DNA of 53,755 bases from Octopus sinensis (taxonomy: Eukaryota). The notes under the pieces are model-generated. The model was not told the origin of the DNA and searched no databases. It worked only from the letters and a program-made list of their open reading frames with translations. Where the stretch lies: the NCBI RefSeq assembly GCF_006345805.1, contig NW_021833839.1, positions 1 through 53,755 on the forward strand, written 5' to 3'. How positions within the stretch are numbered: the first letter of the stretch is position 1; each line of letters opens with the position of its first letter. Made by a program: the position numbers and the translations under genes. Shown piece by piece: positions 23,880-36,415 of the stretch.

Positions 23880-24002
23880 AAGAAGCTTCCTTCCCAACCA
23901 CATCGTTTCGGGTTAAGTCTCACTGCGTGGAACCTTGGGCAAGTGTCTAGTACAAAGCCTTTTTTCAGTGGTTTTATTTGGCGGAAATTGAAAGACGCCT
24001 GT

Positions 24003-24038
<36 letters not shown>

Positions 24039-24255
24039 ATGTGTGTGTGTGTGTATTAGTGTATTTGTTTCCACCACCATCGTTTGACAACGAGCTTTGG
24101 TGTGTTTACGTCCCCGTAATTTTGCGGTTTAGCAAAAGTATCTCATAGAATAAGTACTAGGTTTTCAAAAAATAAATCCCAGGATCGATTTGTTCGACTA
24201 AAGGCGGTGCTCCAGCATGGCCGCAGTCAAATGACTGAAACAAGTAAAAGAATTA
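23880..24255 (+). mobile_element. Diverged SINE family A
   Basis: ACCACATCG..GGGTTAAGTCTCACTGCGTGGAACCTTGGGCAAG body and GACTGAAACAAGTAAAAGAAT tail. Confidence 0.8.
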
Positions 24256-25649
24256 AAACGCCTTGTGATGTAGATTCCGGCTCTCTTCATTCTTAGCACA
24301 ATTCCACCAAGTTGCACCTTACGTTTCATCTTTCTCGGGGTTACTTGAAGAATTTACTAGTCAAATAGGATTTGATGTCGTCCAATGCCGTCCCTTTCAA
24401 ATTCCAAGCATAGTAATCAATAGTGGTTTGCTGTTGGTTTGGAGTGAACCGACTACTCGTTAAAACGCTCAAGAAAATTTGGATTATAACTAAATTTTAT
24501 TGGGTAAAATATTTCATCTTTTTTCTTTTAAAGTTTCGATATTTTAAAGATAGAAAGCTCTGGAACGAATGGATGTTAAACCCAATAGCTACAGTAGAAA
24601 AAATAACATCCTTCCAAACGTCAGTTTTATTTCTCCGAAAAGTTTTCCTGTTTACATTCCGTTCAATTTTATGACTTCCTTTCAGAAGAATAGCAATCAA
24701 AGGCGAAAAGAAGAGAGAAATTAGCACTAGATGCACCCTCAGTAGGGAAATAAACATCCAATACACAGAAAGGAATTACAAACACACACACATACACACG
24801 TTGGAATAATAAATAAATATCAAAACTACTAGCTACTGTTGAAAGAAGAACGAATCGAATTTGACATACGAAAATGCAGTGACTTGCAACAGAAGCAAAG
24901 ACCGTGAGGCAACTTAATGCGATGTGAATAAGAACAGGCAAACAAATAAGGATTAACTTGGAGTACCCACAGGAAGTTTCAGGAAAACCTGGCAATCAAG
25001 TATTTCTAAATCACCGAGGCTGGGTTTCTTCCCATCATAAGTAGAGTGCTTTCTTCTCTGTGGAAGTTGAAACGTAGACTATAAAGAAGTAATTCCAAGA
25101 TTGTACATATATCAGGTTTTTCAACGGGATTCAAAACATGTTGTGAGCACAAGAGAAAATATGTAAATAATAGTTACATTCCACTCATCTCTATTCGTAT
25201 TGTTGAATGCATGGGACGTGCGGCGGAGTATTAGTGGTTGCTGCCATCCTGCTGACGATCAGGCTATAAGCAGATGTTATATTTAGGAGACTTCCATTGC
25301 CTATTATAGAATGGAGGTTATTAATCTGTAGTGATGTCACTGACAAAGACACATTGCATAAAATTTGTAGGAGGTGGTCACATTGATCACTTGTGAGACA
25401 GAAAATAAATGTTGATTGTGAGTAAATACTTGTGATTTAGCTGGTGTTTTCTATTGCTTATCTTTATTAAAATATTGAGTAATGAAATCGGTTCATTCTT
25501 TTTTAATAACCATGTATATAATAAAAAATAATAATAATAATTAAGCATCTACATATATATATGTGTGTGTGTGTATGTGTATACAACTTTGGTTTGGGTG
25601 TTTTTTCAGATCGTAGATCAGTTAGATAACAGCTAAGCAGCTACAAATA

Positions 25650-25860
25650 GCGGTAGCAGTAGTAGTACTAGTAGTAACAACACCAGTATTAGTTGTGGTA
25701 GCACTAGTAGTAGTAGTAGTAGTAGTAGTAGTAATAGTAGTGGTAGTACTAACAGCAGTTTTGGTAGTAGTAGTAATAGTGGTAGTACTAACAGCAGTTT
25801 TCGTAGTAGTACTAGTAGTAGCAGCAGTAGTAGTAGTTGCAGAGGTAGTAGTATTAGCGA
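25650..25860. repeat. Degenerate (TAG)n tract
   Basis: Direct reading, with an internal duplication of GGTAGTACTAACAGCAGTTTT. Confidence 0.9.
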
Positions 25861-26329
25861 CACCGTAAATATAGGTCAAAATGCATCATTCAGTTTAAGT
25901 TGTGTAAAATAATTTCTCGACGAACTTATCTTCAAGTTTGTTTCGACGGAAGTAATTTCTCATTCTTTCTTTCTTTCTTTCCTTCTTCCCTTCTTTCTTC
26001 CTTTCTTTGTTTGTTTCTTTATTTGGTGTAACACTTCACACGTTAATTAAAGTCAATGATTGCAGTTAACAATTATTTGATTCTCTGGCTTTAATCAGGT
26101 GGGTTCTGGGGCTCTGGTGGGAGGGGCGAAGCGGTAGTAAGATGCAGTGAGGTGGAAGGAATAGATGGTGATTAATTGTGTTTTTCTGGAGATTTTTGTA
26201 AAAATTCTTTGCTCTTGTTTATGGAGTTTGCAGTTTTTAGTTTCCTGCTCAGCAACGTAATTAGGAAAATAAGTTTAAATTAGCGTTTAGTTAAATGCAC
26301 TGTCCACACACGCACACACTAAATTACGC

Positions 26330-26411
26330 ACACACATATATGTATATACATATGTGTGTGTGTCTCTGTCTCTCTTTTTATATAGTTAGATATAGATACG
26401 TGTATACATGA

Positions 26412-26465
<54 letters not shown>

Positions 26466-26735
26466 TTGTGTGCGTGTGTGTGTAGATGAACTCATAGAAA
26501 TATATATATATTTCTATGTATATATATATATATGTGTGTATATATATGTGTATATATATATATGTATGTATATGTATGTATATATGTGTGTATATATATG
26601 TGTATATATATATATGTATGTATATGTATGTATATATGTGTATGTATATATATATAAATGTGTATGCATATATGTATATATCTATCTAAATATATATATG
26701 TATGTATATATATATATTTTAGTTATATATATATC
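26330..26735. repeat. (TA)/(TG) compound microsatellite
   Basis: Direct reading. Confidence 0.9.
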
Positions 26736-27025
26736 CAAAAATGATAGTTTTAAAAGTGATTTCAAAGGGATATGTAACCCTGGCAGTTATCGTTTTTCCT
26801 CTTAGATCGGTTTCATCTACCGGCTAACCCCACATTGGATGTTGGTGATACTCCAGTAAGCAATAAGCTGCTCGACTCTAGTGATTCTCCTCGCTAAGAC
26901 ATCGATGTTCCATATTTTTTGACTCTTTTCAATGAGATGTACTTAAGAGAGACAACTCTCAACGAACTCAGTCTTTAAGCAGATGAACTACGTGACAAAA
27001 TACTTCAACTAGCCTCAATTCTGTT

Positions 27026-27085
<60 letters not shown>

Positions 27086-27099
27086 CGTATATATATATA

Positions 27100-27310
27100 C
27101 AGTTCAGGAGTGGCTGCGTGACAATAAGTCTTCTTTTACAATCACACGGTTCCAGGTTCAGCCCCACTGTATCGCATCTTGCTAAAGTGTCTTCTTGTAT
27201 GGCCTTGTGCGTGTATTCGGAGACGGAAACTGAAAGAAGCCCGTTGTATTATATGATTTGTGTCTATATATACGTACGCAAACAACATGCGCACAAAGAC
27301 AAACGCTTCC

Positions 27311-27356
<46 letters not shown>

Positions 27357-27545
27357 CTTCGAGTCAGTAATTAACCCCCGTCAGCAGGTGTTGATGTGTT
27401 TACTTCCATGTAACACAGCAGTCCGGCATATGAGATCGATAGAATAAGTACCAAACTTATAAGAAAATAAATACTGGGTTTGATTTTATTCACTACAATT
27501 CTTCAAGACGGTGCCCAAGCATGGCCGCAGTCTAATGATTGAAAT
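27100..27545 (+). mobile_element. Diverged SINE family A
   Basis: CAGGAGTGGCTGCGTG head, GGTTCAGCCCC B-box-like motif, AGCATGGCCGCAGTC near the 3' end. Confidence 0.7.
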
Positions 27546-27936
27546 GGGGTATCATAGCCTGGAACTATACTAAAGCACGGGATTAAGGGCTTTAGTTGAT
27601 CCAATTGATCTCAGTCGCTAATCTTATGAGTATTCCTTCAATTATCTAAATCATAGTAAGTTTTTATGTATTGCTGAAGTAAATACATGCGCGTGTAATT
27701 TGTATTTTTATGCAATTAATATGAACGTTTTTGAGGCTTCTATGATGTGTGAATTATTCAGTAATGAGTTTATTGTTAATTTTAATTCAGTGAATTGAGA
27801 AAGTATCACCTCAATTATTTTACTATATTTATGTTATTTTAATCTAAATTAAAATGCAATTTTCTAGTATAGTAAACGTTAGAAATTACATTATTCAGCC
27901 ACGTAGAGAAATATAAATTTAGCGGAAATCAGGAGA

Positions 27937-28151
27937 CAAGGGGCTAAACACAGAGGGGACAAACAAGGACAGACAAAGGGATTAAGTCGACTTCATCGAC
28001 CCCAGTGCGTAACGGGTACTTAATTTATCGACCCCGAAAGGATGAAAGGCAAAGTCGACCTCGGCGGAATTTGAACTCGGAACGTAACGACAGACGAAAT
28101 ACGGCTACGAATTTCGCCCGGCGTGCTAACGTTTCTGCCAGCTCGCCGCCT
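27937..28151 (-). mobile_element. SINE family B, near full-length
   Basis: Reverse complement of the GGCGGCGAGCTGGCAGAAACGTTAGCACGCCGGGCGAA head through the CCCCTCTGTGTTTAGCCCCTTG tail. Confidence 0.9.
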
Positions 28152-28426
28152 TCCAGACGCATTTCTTTTTTTTTTTTTTTTGTAGAGGAATCCTCTGCTG
28201 TTGAAATCCCATTTCTCGATGTTCAATACATGTGCAAACAATATTGTTTAATAGTTATCGCCATACTAATATGGCAGTCTTATAAATATAAGACTAAAGC
28301 TGTCGCTGATTAGCTCCCTGAGGCCATCGCCTTAAGCTAGCTATTTGACACACAAACTGCGTCCATTATAAACCTTCGAACAAGGGAGGTCAGCCGCTTC
28401 ATCCTGCCAGTCAGACAGCTACAGAT

Positions 28427-28455
28427 GACGTTTCAGGGTTGTTACCCCTTATCAA
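28427..28455 (-). ncRNA. Degenerate minimal hammerhead-like motif (Penelope-like relic)
   Basis: Minus strand TTGATAA-GGGGT/AACA/ACCCT-GAAA-CGT-C. Stem II and GAAACGTC are intact, the CUGANGA core has two substitutions and stem I is poor. Confidence 0.35.
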
Positions 28456-28544
28456 TGCAGCGTAGTCAGACTTGCAGGTGTCACTACTGATCGTCCCAGT
28501 TCGAAGGCTTTATTTAATTTTAAATCAAGTGATAAATGGGAGGA

Positions 28545-28885
28545 TTGTGAAGGTAAGTGGTTAGAGCGTCAGGCTTACAATCAATAAGTAGTGAGTTCGT
28601 GTCTCGTACCGGGCTGTGTGTTGTCGTCTTGAGCAAGACACTTTATTTTCATAATGCTCCATTTCACTCAGCTGTAGAAATTATTTGCAACATCACTGGT
28701 GCCAAGCTGTATCGGCTTTTGCCTTTCCCTATAATATCATCAGTTGCATAAAGAGTGGGGTTCTGGTGTGCATGGGTGACTGCTGGGCTTCCATAAAGGA
28801 CATTACCCGGACTTGTGCCTTGGAGAGCAACTTTCTAGATGTAATTCCATGGTCTTTCATGATCGACAAGGTCTTTATTTTTTGC
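28545..28885 (+). mobile_element. tRNA-derived SINE, family C
   Basis: GTGGTTAGAGCG A-box-like and GTGAGTTCG B-box-like motifs, followed by a GTCTTGAGCAAGACACTT...CACTCAGCTG CORE-like segment. Confidence 0.65.
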
Positions 28886-29109
28886 CCAGTATCCTATATC
28901 ATCTGGGTAACCTTATAATGAGCATTATAACGTTATCGGTTAAGAGGGCTTAGAGAATCGAGTAAATTCCCTTAGAAAGGTGGCAAGTAAGCTTCCACGG
29001 ATTTCGAACCCTGTACGTCTCAAATTTCGATTCTTTAACCTGCCTTCACAGCCATCGTGGGTTCAAGAATTCATTTATATTCTGTAGAATACTGACACAC
29101 TCGGCAATT

Positions 29110-29232
29110 ATAAGTCTGCTTACCATACATACATACATACATACATACATACATACATACGTACGTACGTACGTACGTACGTACATACATACATACACAT
29201 ACGTACGTACGTACGTACGTACGTACATACAT

Positions 29233-29291
<59 letters not shown>

Positions 29292-29350
29292 ATACATACA
29301 TAAATACATACAGACGCACATATACATACATGCATACACACACATACATA
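29110..29350. repeat. (TACA)n/(TACG)n/(CA)n microsatellites
   Basis: Direct reading. Confidence 0.95.
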
Positions 29351-30013
29351 TAATGAGAGACAAATACGGGACAAAATACCAAAAGAAGTCCAACCCCCTT
29401 GTCAGTTGTCGACTGTTAATACATACATACATATATATATATAGATAGATAGATAGATAGATATTATATGTATGTGTGTGTGTGTGCCTTTATCTGTTTA
29501 TCCATCAATCTAGCTCTCTGTTTACCACTCTCATTCACTACAGAAAGTTTTATACACAGATGGCTAGGTTAGTACAATACTACTTCTATTGCAGATAATG
29601 GATATTTATTCAGCCGGACAGTTAATTGCAACAACAGTGATATATCAGTCGCTGCTTTTCTATATCACTAGCGACGCATTTTGGCTTATCATTCAGTTTG
29701 GCAGAGAATACATGCTATTGACAATTTCGAAAGAGCCAGAAACACAGAGCTAGCATTCTCACCACCTCCCCAGGCGAATTTCGTGTGCTCCTGCTGATGT
29801 TTTTATAGTTTTCCTTTTATTCGTTTCGGTCATAGGACTGCGGTCATTCTGGGGCACAGCCTAAAAGAATTTTAATCGAACGAATCGAAGCCAGTACTTA
29901 TTTTGTTAAAGCATGGTTCTTATCCGATTGGTTTCTTTTGAATACACATATATAATCACACCACACACACACACACATATATAAATATATAATCACTCAC
30001 ATATATGTGTATA

Positions 30014-30048
<35 letters not shown>

Positions 30049-30232
30049 TTAAACATAAAAATATGTATGTATACATAAACATAGATATGTAATATATATA
30101 TATATAAACACATATATATATATATATATATAAACACATATATATATTGTATGTATAAATATATACGTATAGATATATAAGAGTATATATGTACGTGTGT
30201 GTATATATATATATGTATAAACGTATAAATAT

Positions 30233-30291
<59 letters not shown>

Positions 30292-30314
30292 GTGTATATA
30301 TAAATATATATACT

Positions 30315-30527
30315 AGGTTGGTGCATAATTTTTTGGGCTTTTTTTAATAAATTTTATTCAACAAAAACAATAATAACATTTAACAAAAGCATCTTTCAAT
30401 TACTACTTTCCATATGCTTGGTAGACGGTCGGAATAATCATGTAAATATGTTTTTGTTAAATGTTGTTATTGTTTTTGTTGAATAAAATTTATGGAAAAG
30501 AAGCCGCAATCATTATTTACCAACCTA

Positions 30528-30528
<1 letters not shown>
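30315..30528. mobile_element. Mariner-derived MITE (Hsmar1/MADE1-like TIRs), 214 bp
   Basis: Left CTAGGTTGGTGCATAATT and right ..GCCGCAATCATTATTTACCAACCTAA; inverted homology extends about 70 bp (TAAATTTTATTCAACAAAAACAATAA); TA on both sides. Confidence 0.8.
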
Positions 30529-30551
<23 letters not shown>

Positions 30552-30559
<8 letters not shown>

Positions 30560-30843
30560 AAAGGGCTTAGTAAAATAAATTACTTTGCCGCATACTGAAC
30601 TCATTAGAAATAGCAGCTAAAAAACTTTTTTAAGGCTATTTCTAATACTTAAAGAAAATCTCTCTCATATATAGTGTTTGCATAATTTAACTCACTTTTG
30701 TGAGTTAAATTATGCAAACACTATATATGAGAGAGATTTTCTTTAAGTATTAGAAATAGCCTTAAAAAAGTTTTTTAGCTGCTATTTCTAATGAGTTCAG
30801 TATGCGGCAAAGTAATTTATTTTACTAAGCCCTTTTATATAAT
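30552..30843. repeat. 292-bp palindrome: two perfect 144-bp arms around a TTTT spacer
   Basis: 30552-30695 is the exact reverse complement of 30700-30843, checked by reading. Confidence 0.95.
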
Positions 30844-30936
30844 GTAATAATTTGAATTCGCCTTGAATGGTCCCTTTGCATACTGAACACTTGGTGAAAT
30901 TGATTAATAATTAATTAATTTTGCCCTCAATTGTTG

Positions 30937-30976
<40 letters not shown>

Positions 30977-30984
30977 TTTATATA

Positions 30985-31182
30985 TGTGACCGCCTATGTA
31001 TCGTTGGCGATTTTCTTTCTCCGGCTTTCCTTCTTTGAACTTTTTCTATATATTCTGATGAAGAGCTCCGCTCGAAACGTGAGATCCTCTTTCTTTCTTT
31101 CCTTTCCTGAGCGTTCAATAACACTGTACTTATTCCAAGTCCTCGCGTTGTTGTTTTTTTCTTGCTTGTTCATGTTTGGATT

Positions 31183-31190
<8 letters not shown>
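30985..31190 (+). mobile_element. Penelope-like pLTR fragment with minimal hammerhead motif, in (TA)n
   Basis: CTGATGA-A-GAGC/TCC/GCTC-GAAA-CGT-G at 31055-31081; homologous to 40012-40217; ends CATGTTTGGATTGACTATATA. Confidence 0.6.
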
Positions 31191-31227
<37 letters not shown>

Positions 31228-31480
31228 TAAAAAAATTGAGTTAACGCAGGGGTAATCAAATATTTTTACTTTCGACACATGTTTCGAAAATTTCTACCTT
31301 TATAAACAAGGAGTTACAACACTTTTACTTGTGAAATTTTTGCTGCCCTGGTAACTATTTTTTTTTTTCGTGTTAATTGTTAACAAGATAAAAATACACT
31401 CATCTATCTATATATATATATATACATGTATGTATGTATGCATGCGCACATATATATATGCATACATTGATGTATGCATG

Positions 31481-31511
<31 letters not shown>

Positions 31512-31717
31512 TCCCATTGATAACGGTTAAAGAGATAGAAATGCTGTCTGGCGCAACCCCGGGCAAATTTGGTTTTTCTACACATTTTACCATAGGAATT
31601 TTTTCTTCGTTGTAACTGAAGTCAATTTGCTTTTAAAAGTTGAAATATGTCGCAAAGTTATTTTAACTAACGTAAAGTTCACTTATGCTTAAACGCTACT
31701 CGGCCGCTGGTATTGCC

Positions 31718-31875
31718 GTATACATACATACATAAATACATACATACATACATACATACATACATACATACATACTACATACATACATACATACATACGT
31801 ACGTACGTACGTACGTATGTATGTATGTATGTATGTATGTATGTATATGTGTGCATGTATATATGTATATATATG
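31718..31875. repeat. (TACA)n/(TACG)n/(TATG)n inverted microsatellite
   Basis: Direct reading. Confidence 0.9.
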
Positions 31876-32689
31876 TTAGGTAAATAGTGAGACATGAATC
31901 AAATGATGGAATGTTGAAAATTAATGAGAACTAATCGAAATGGTAGTTTAGAAATGCATCGAATCTCTTCGTACAATTCAAATTTAAATGAGGAAAAAAA
32001 AACATATATAAATCAACTATGAATAAAATAAATGATATAAAACAAAAAACAACGCCTACAGAAACAAGACCACCTACAACAACAACAACAACACTATCAA
32101 TGACAACAACAACAACGACATAACAAATCCGAACAATACTATCAACAATGAGAGCAATAACAACAACAAAAACGTGTTAAATGAATGGAAGTATTTGTTA
32201 ATCTTATTGTCCTAGAAGAATGCCAAATCAGTCGCTACGCACACTTCTGCATACATATATGCACTTAGTGTAATGTGTGCATATATATATATATATATAC
32301 ATACACATATGCATACACTGCGAAATAAATTTTGGAGGAAAAAAATTGGAAAAAACAATATCTAAAAAACATAACGAGATAAACTGAGGCACACAGTTTG
32401 ATTAATCGGAAATCAGTTAGGATTTAAATGTCAAAAATATGAATGTATTTCTTCAGATATTTTGTCAGTTTAAATATGAACAACCATCTCCGAAAGCTAA
32501 ATGTGAAAAAAAAAAAAATAATAATAATAAAAATAATTTTAAAAAATGTAAAAATATAAGAATATATTTAAAATAAAATTAAAATAAACTCAAATAAAAG
32601 ACAAGATCGCAGAAGCACAATATAAATGATTCTTAATAATGATAATAATGGTATTTGCCTGGTTTTTGTTGGATTTATATGTTGTATTG

Positions 32690-32821
32690 AAAATCATCAT
32701 CATTATCATCATCATCATCATCATCATTATTATAAACACTTCCATCATCATCATCGACATTATCATTATCATCTTTCTGATGATCATCATCATCTTCTCA
32801 TTATTATCAGGGTCATCATGA

Positions 32822-32862
<41 letters not shown>

Positions 32863-32896
32863 GTTATTATTATTATTATTATTTTTATCATCATTA

Positions 32897-32943
<47 letters not shown>

Positions 32944-32986
32944 GTTATTATTATTATTATCATTTTTATCATCATCATCATCATTA

Positions 32987-33017
<31 letters not shown>

Positions 33018-33114
33018 CATTATTATCATTATTATCATTATTATTTTATTATTATTATTATTATTATTATCATCCTCCTCCTCCTCATCATCATCATCAT
33101 CATCATTATTATTA

Positions 33115-33166
<52 letters not shown>

Positions 33167-33174
33167 CATCATCA

Positions 33175-33206
<32 letters not shown>

Positions 33207-33279
33207 TTTATCATCATCATCATCATCATCATTATTATTAATATTATCATCATCATCATCATCATCATCACCATCATCA

Positions 33280-33313
<34 letters not shown>

Positions 33314-33345
33314 CATTATTATTTGCTGTTGTTGTTGTTGTTGCT
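32690..33345. repeat. (ATC)n/(ATT)n trinucleotide tract
   Basis: Direct reading; source of the poly-I/L/S ORFs. Confidence 0.95.
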
Positions 33346-33860
33346 ATCGGCTTTTACTTTCATTTGTCCAATATTTAAATAACGATATTTTCTGATATAT
33401 ATTTGTCTGTTTTTGTTTGTTTGTTTGTTTGTCTTTTATATTTTTGCTTTTCATTTTCATTTGTTCCAGTTGCCCACCCCGTCCTCCATCCACCATCATA
33501 ATCCCCCTTACACCCCACCCCATCACATTGGCGTACGAGTGAGCGAGTGCGTGTGCCTGTGTACCTGTGTGCATGCATGTATGCATGTATTGCTATATAC
33601 ATGTATATGTGTATGTTCGTAAGTATGTGTGTGCGTGAATGCTAAAAATTGCTGCTGTGTCTTTAGTTATTGGTGTTTAAAGAATATAAAACTAATTTTA
33701 TGGAAGTAAGATTCTTTTCGAATATTGGTTTCCTTTACAAGAACAATCTTGGAGATTATTTAAATATACATATGCCAGTGGCTTAATGGCTAAGGACGTT
33801 ATTTACTTATAGTACAGAGGGCATTAGTTTACCAGTTCGAATCTAGCCTGGAACAATATT

Positions 33861-34287
33861 TACTCTTTACTCTTTTACTCTTTTACTTGTTTCAGTCATT
33901 TGACTGCGGCCATGCAGGAGCACCGCCTTTAATCGAGCAACTCGACCCCGGGACTTATTCTTTTGTAAGCCCAGTACTTATTCTATCGGTCTCTTTTGCC
34001 GAACCGCTAAATAACGGCGACATAAACACACCAGCATCGGTTGTCAAGCAATGCTAGGGGGACAAACACAGACACACAAACATACACGCACACACACATA
34101 TATATATATATATATACATATATACGATGGTCTTCTTTCAGTTTCCATCTACCAAATCCACTCACAAGACTTTGGTCGGCCCGAGGCTATAGCAGAAGAC
34201 ACTTGCCAAAGATGCCACGCAGTGGGACTGAACCCGGAACCATGTGGTTGGTAAGCAAGCTACTTACCACACAGCCACTCCTGCGCC
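33861..34287 (-). mobile_element. SINE family A, full-length
   Basis: Reverse complement of the family head, body and tail. Confidence 0.9.
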
Positions 34288-34575
34288 TATTTGGTACCTT
34301 GTTTTCAAGTTTTGATACAAGGAAGGCTTGCAGCTTCGAGGGAGGAGGTAATTCTATTACATAGGTCCCGATGAGCAACAAGTGGCTATTTTATCGATCC
34401 AGAAACGGATGAAAGAGAGAATCGACCACTGCAGAATGTGGAGTTTGGTTTCCGAATGGATCATATTTCAGTCACACTATTTTCATTGATGTTCAGCTTT
34501 CACAAAAGACACGTTGGCATGCCGATGTAGATGCATTGCAGGATTGAAACCGGAATCTAGCGCGCTAACGATTCT

Positions 34576-35163
34576 TATTTCTTTATTGCCCACAAGGGGG
34601 CTAAACATACAGGGGACAAACAAGGACCGACAAAGGAATTGAGTCAATTAAAACGACCCCAGTGCGTAACTGGTACTTATTTAATCGACCCCGAATGGAT
34701 GAAAGGCAAAGTCGACCTCAACGGAATTTGAACTCAGAACGTGACGGCAGAGGAAATACCTATTTCTTTACTACCCACGAGGGGTTAAACACAGAGGGGA
34801 CAAACAAACGGATTAAGTCGATTATATCGACCCCAGTGAGTAACTGGTACTTATTTAATCGACCCCGAAAGGATAAAAAGAAAAGTCGGCTTTGACGGAA
34901 TTTGAACTCAGAACGTAAAGACGGGCAAAATACCTATTTCTTTACTACCCACAAGGGGCTAAACACAGAGCGGACAAACAAGGACAGACATAGGTATTAA
35001 GTCGATTACATCGACTCCAGTGTGTAACTGGTACTTAATTTATCGACCCCGAAAGGATGAAAGGCAAAGTCGACCTCGGCGGAATCTGAACTCACAACGT
35101 AACGCAGACGAAATACCGCTAAGCATTTCGCCCGGATTCTAACGTTTCTGCCAGCTCGTCGCC
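34576..35163 (-). mobile_element. Head-to-tail trimer of SINE family B
   Basis: Three tails (TATTTCTTTA..CCCAC(A/G)AGGGG) at 34576, 34761 and 34935; both internal junctions read AAATACC|TATTTC; only the last copy keeps the tRNA-like head. Confidence 0.85.
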
Positions 35164-35364
35164 AACGCTGGTATATTACACTTTATCATCGTCCATACGA
35201 CGAATTTGTCTGACAGCAAATTTTCAGGACAAAGAATTCGAAGTATACAGGATGAAGATGTGATAATCCCATACTTCTAATCTGGTCTGTTACCAAGACT
35301 GTGTACATCTGATGACGTGTAAAGAGAGACTTGACTGAAGCAGTGAAAATGGAAATATTGTAGA

Positions 35365-35873
35365 CTAGCAGTATCGCCCGGCGTTGCTCGGGTTTGTAAG
35401 GGAAATAACTATATAAGCATTTTTAGAGAGTTACTTCCCTTATAGATGCCAATTCGGGCTTTCTTAGCCATTTCTGTTTTGGTGTCTTCAAGCCATGAAG
35501 TCGTTGTTCTAAAAGAACGCTGGTCTCCTTGACAACGCTTTACTACGTTGATTTCTTTACACTCCCTTCCCCACAGCTTCACGAGGGAGGGAAGAAGGGG
35601 GAGAAGCAAACAGGTGCAGGTGTGACCATGGACGCCAACTCCGCCACCATCGACACACGAAAAATTATTAAAATGGAATAAAAAATGATGTTAAATTATT
35701 TTTTAAATCGTAGACTCATCGTAGACGCGCGCTAATACTCAGACGGGCTCGATATGAATCACGACTATAAGATACCCAAATTTGGTTAAACTGCACCGCA
35801 AAATGTGGGAGTAGTTAGGAATCTAAATCGAAGGGGACAGACGCTCACACAACTAGAGTTTTATATATATAGA
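35365..35873 (-). mobile_element. Non-autonomous Helitron, 509 bp
   Basis: Minus strand A|TC...CCCGAGCAACGCCGGG hairpin...CTAG|T: canonical TC start, subterminal hairpin, CTAG end and AT target. Confidence 0.85.
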
Positions 35874-36415
35874 TATACAGTCGGAAAACAAGGTTATCTG
35901 AGTGAGAATCCTTTCTCGAGTTATGTCCGTATAACGAACAGTATACGGTTTATTGGAAGTTGAAGCGAGCGAAATATAGTGTAGAGAGAAATATCTTAAT
36001 ATATAGAGATAAATCAGACATTAATGATCTAGAAATTTATTGTTAAAAACCGATAAGGAATTTAATAAAAGAGCTTAGGTAGAATCTTGCTGAGTACATT
36101 GTATATATATTTCAATGAAACACGTGATGACAATCGCATTTCAAAATTATTGGCAGTTTATTTAAATATAGATATTGTAAATCATTATAGATGATGGATA
36201 CATATATAATTATTGGAAATAGGCTTACACACACACGTATATATCAGTAATATTGGCAAGATCCCAAGCATCAAATCACTGTCACGGATTTGAACCCCAA
36301 ACCACTGCGTTGAAACATGAAAATCTTTACAGTAACTGTAAGGATTTTGTCATGAATTGATGACGTCCGCAATCAACTAACCATTCAGGTCCTTGTAAAC
36401 TGTAATATTCATTGG

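Noticed and set aside
24423-24995. ORFs of 83-108 aa on both strands in unique-looking DNA
   Set aside because: Non-ATG or weak starts, AT-driven hydrophobic composition and no recognisable domain.
17180-25150. Shared words CTATAAAGA and TTGTGAGCAC near 17.19 kb and 25.08-25.15 kb
   Set aside because: The spacing differs and the matches are short enough to be chance without an alignment statistic.
32590-33378. Long ORFs rich in I/L/M/H/S here and at 41789-42473 and 46702-47725
   Set aside because: They are translations of (ATT)/(ATC)/(GAT) microsatellites and carry no coding signal.
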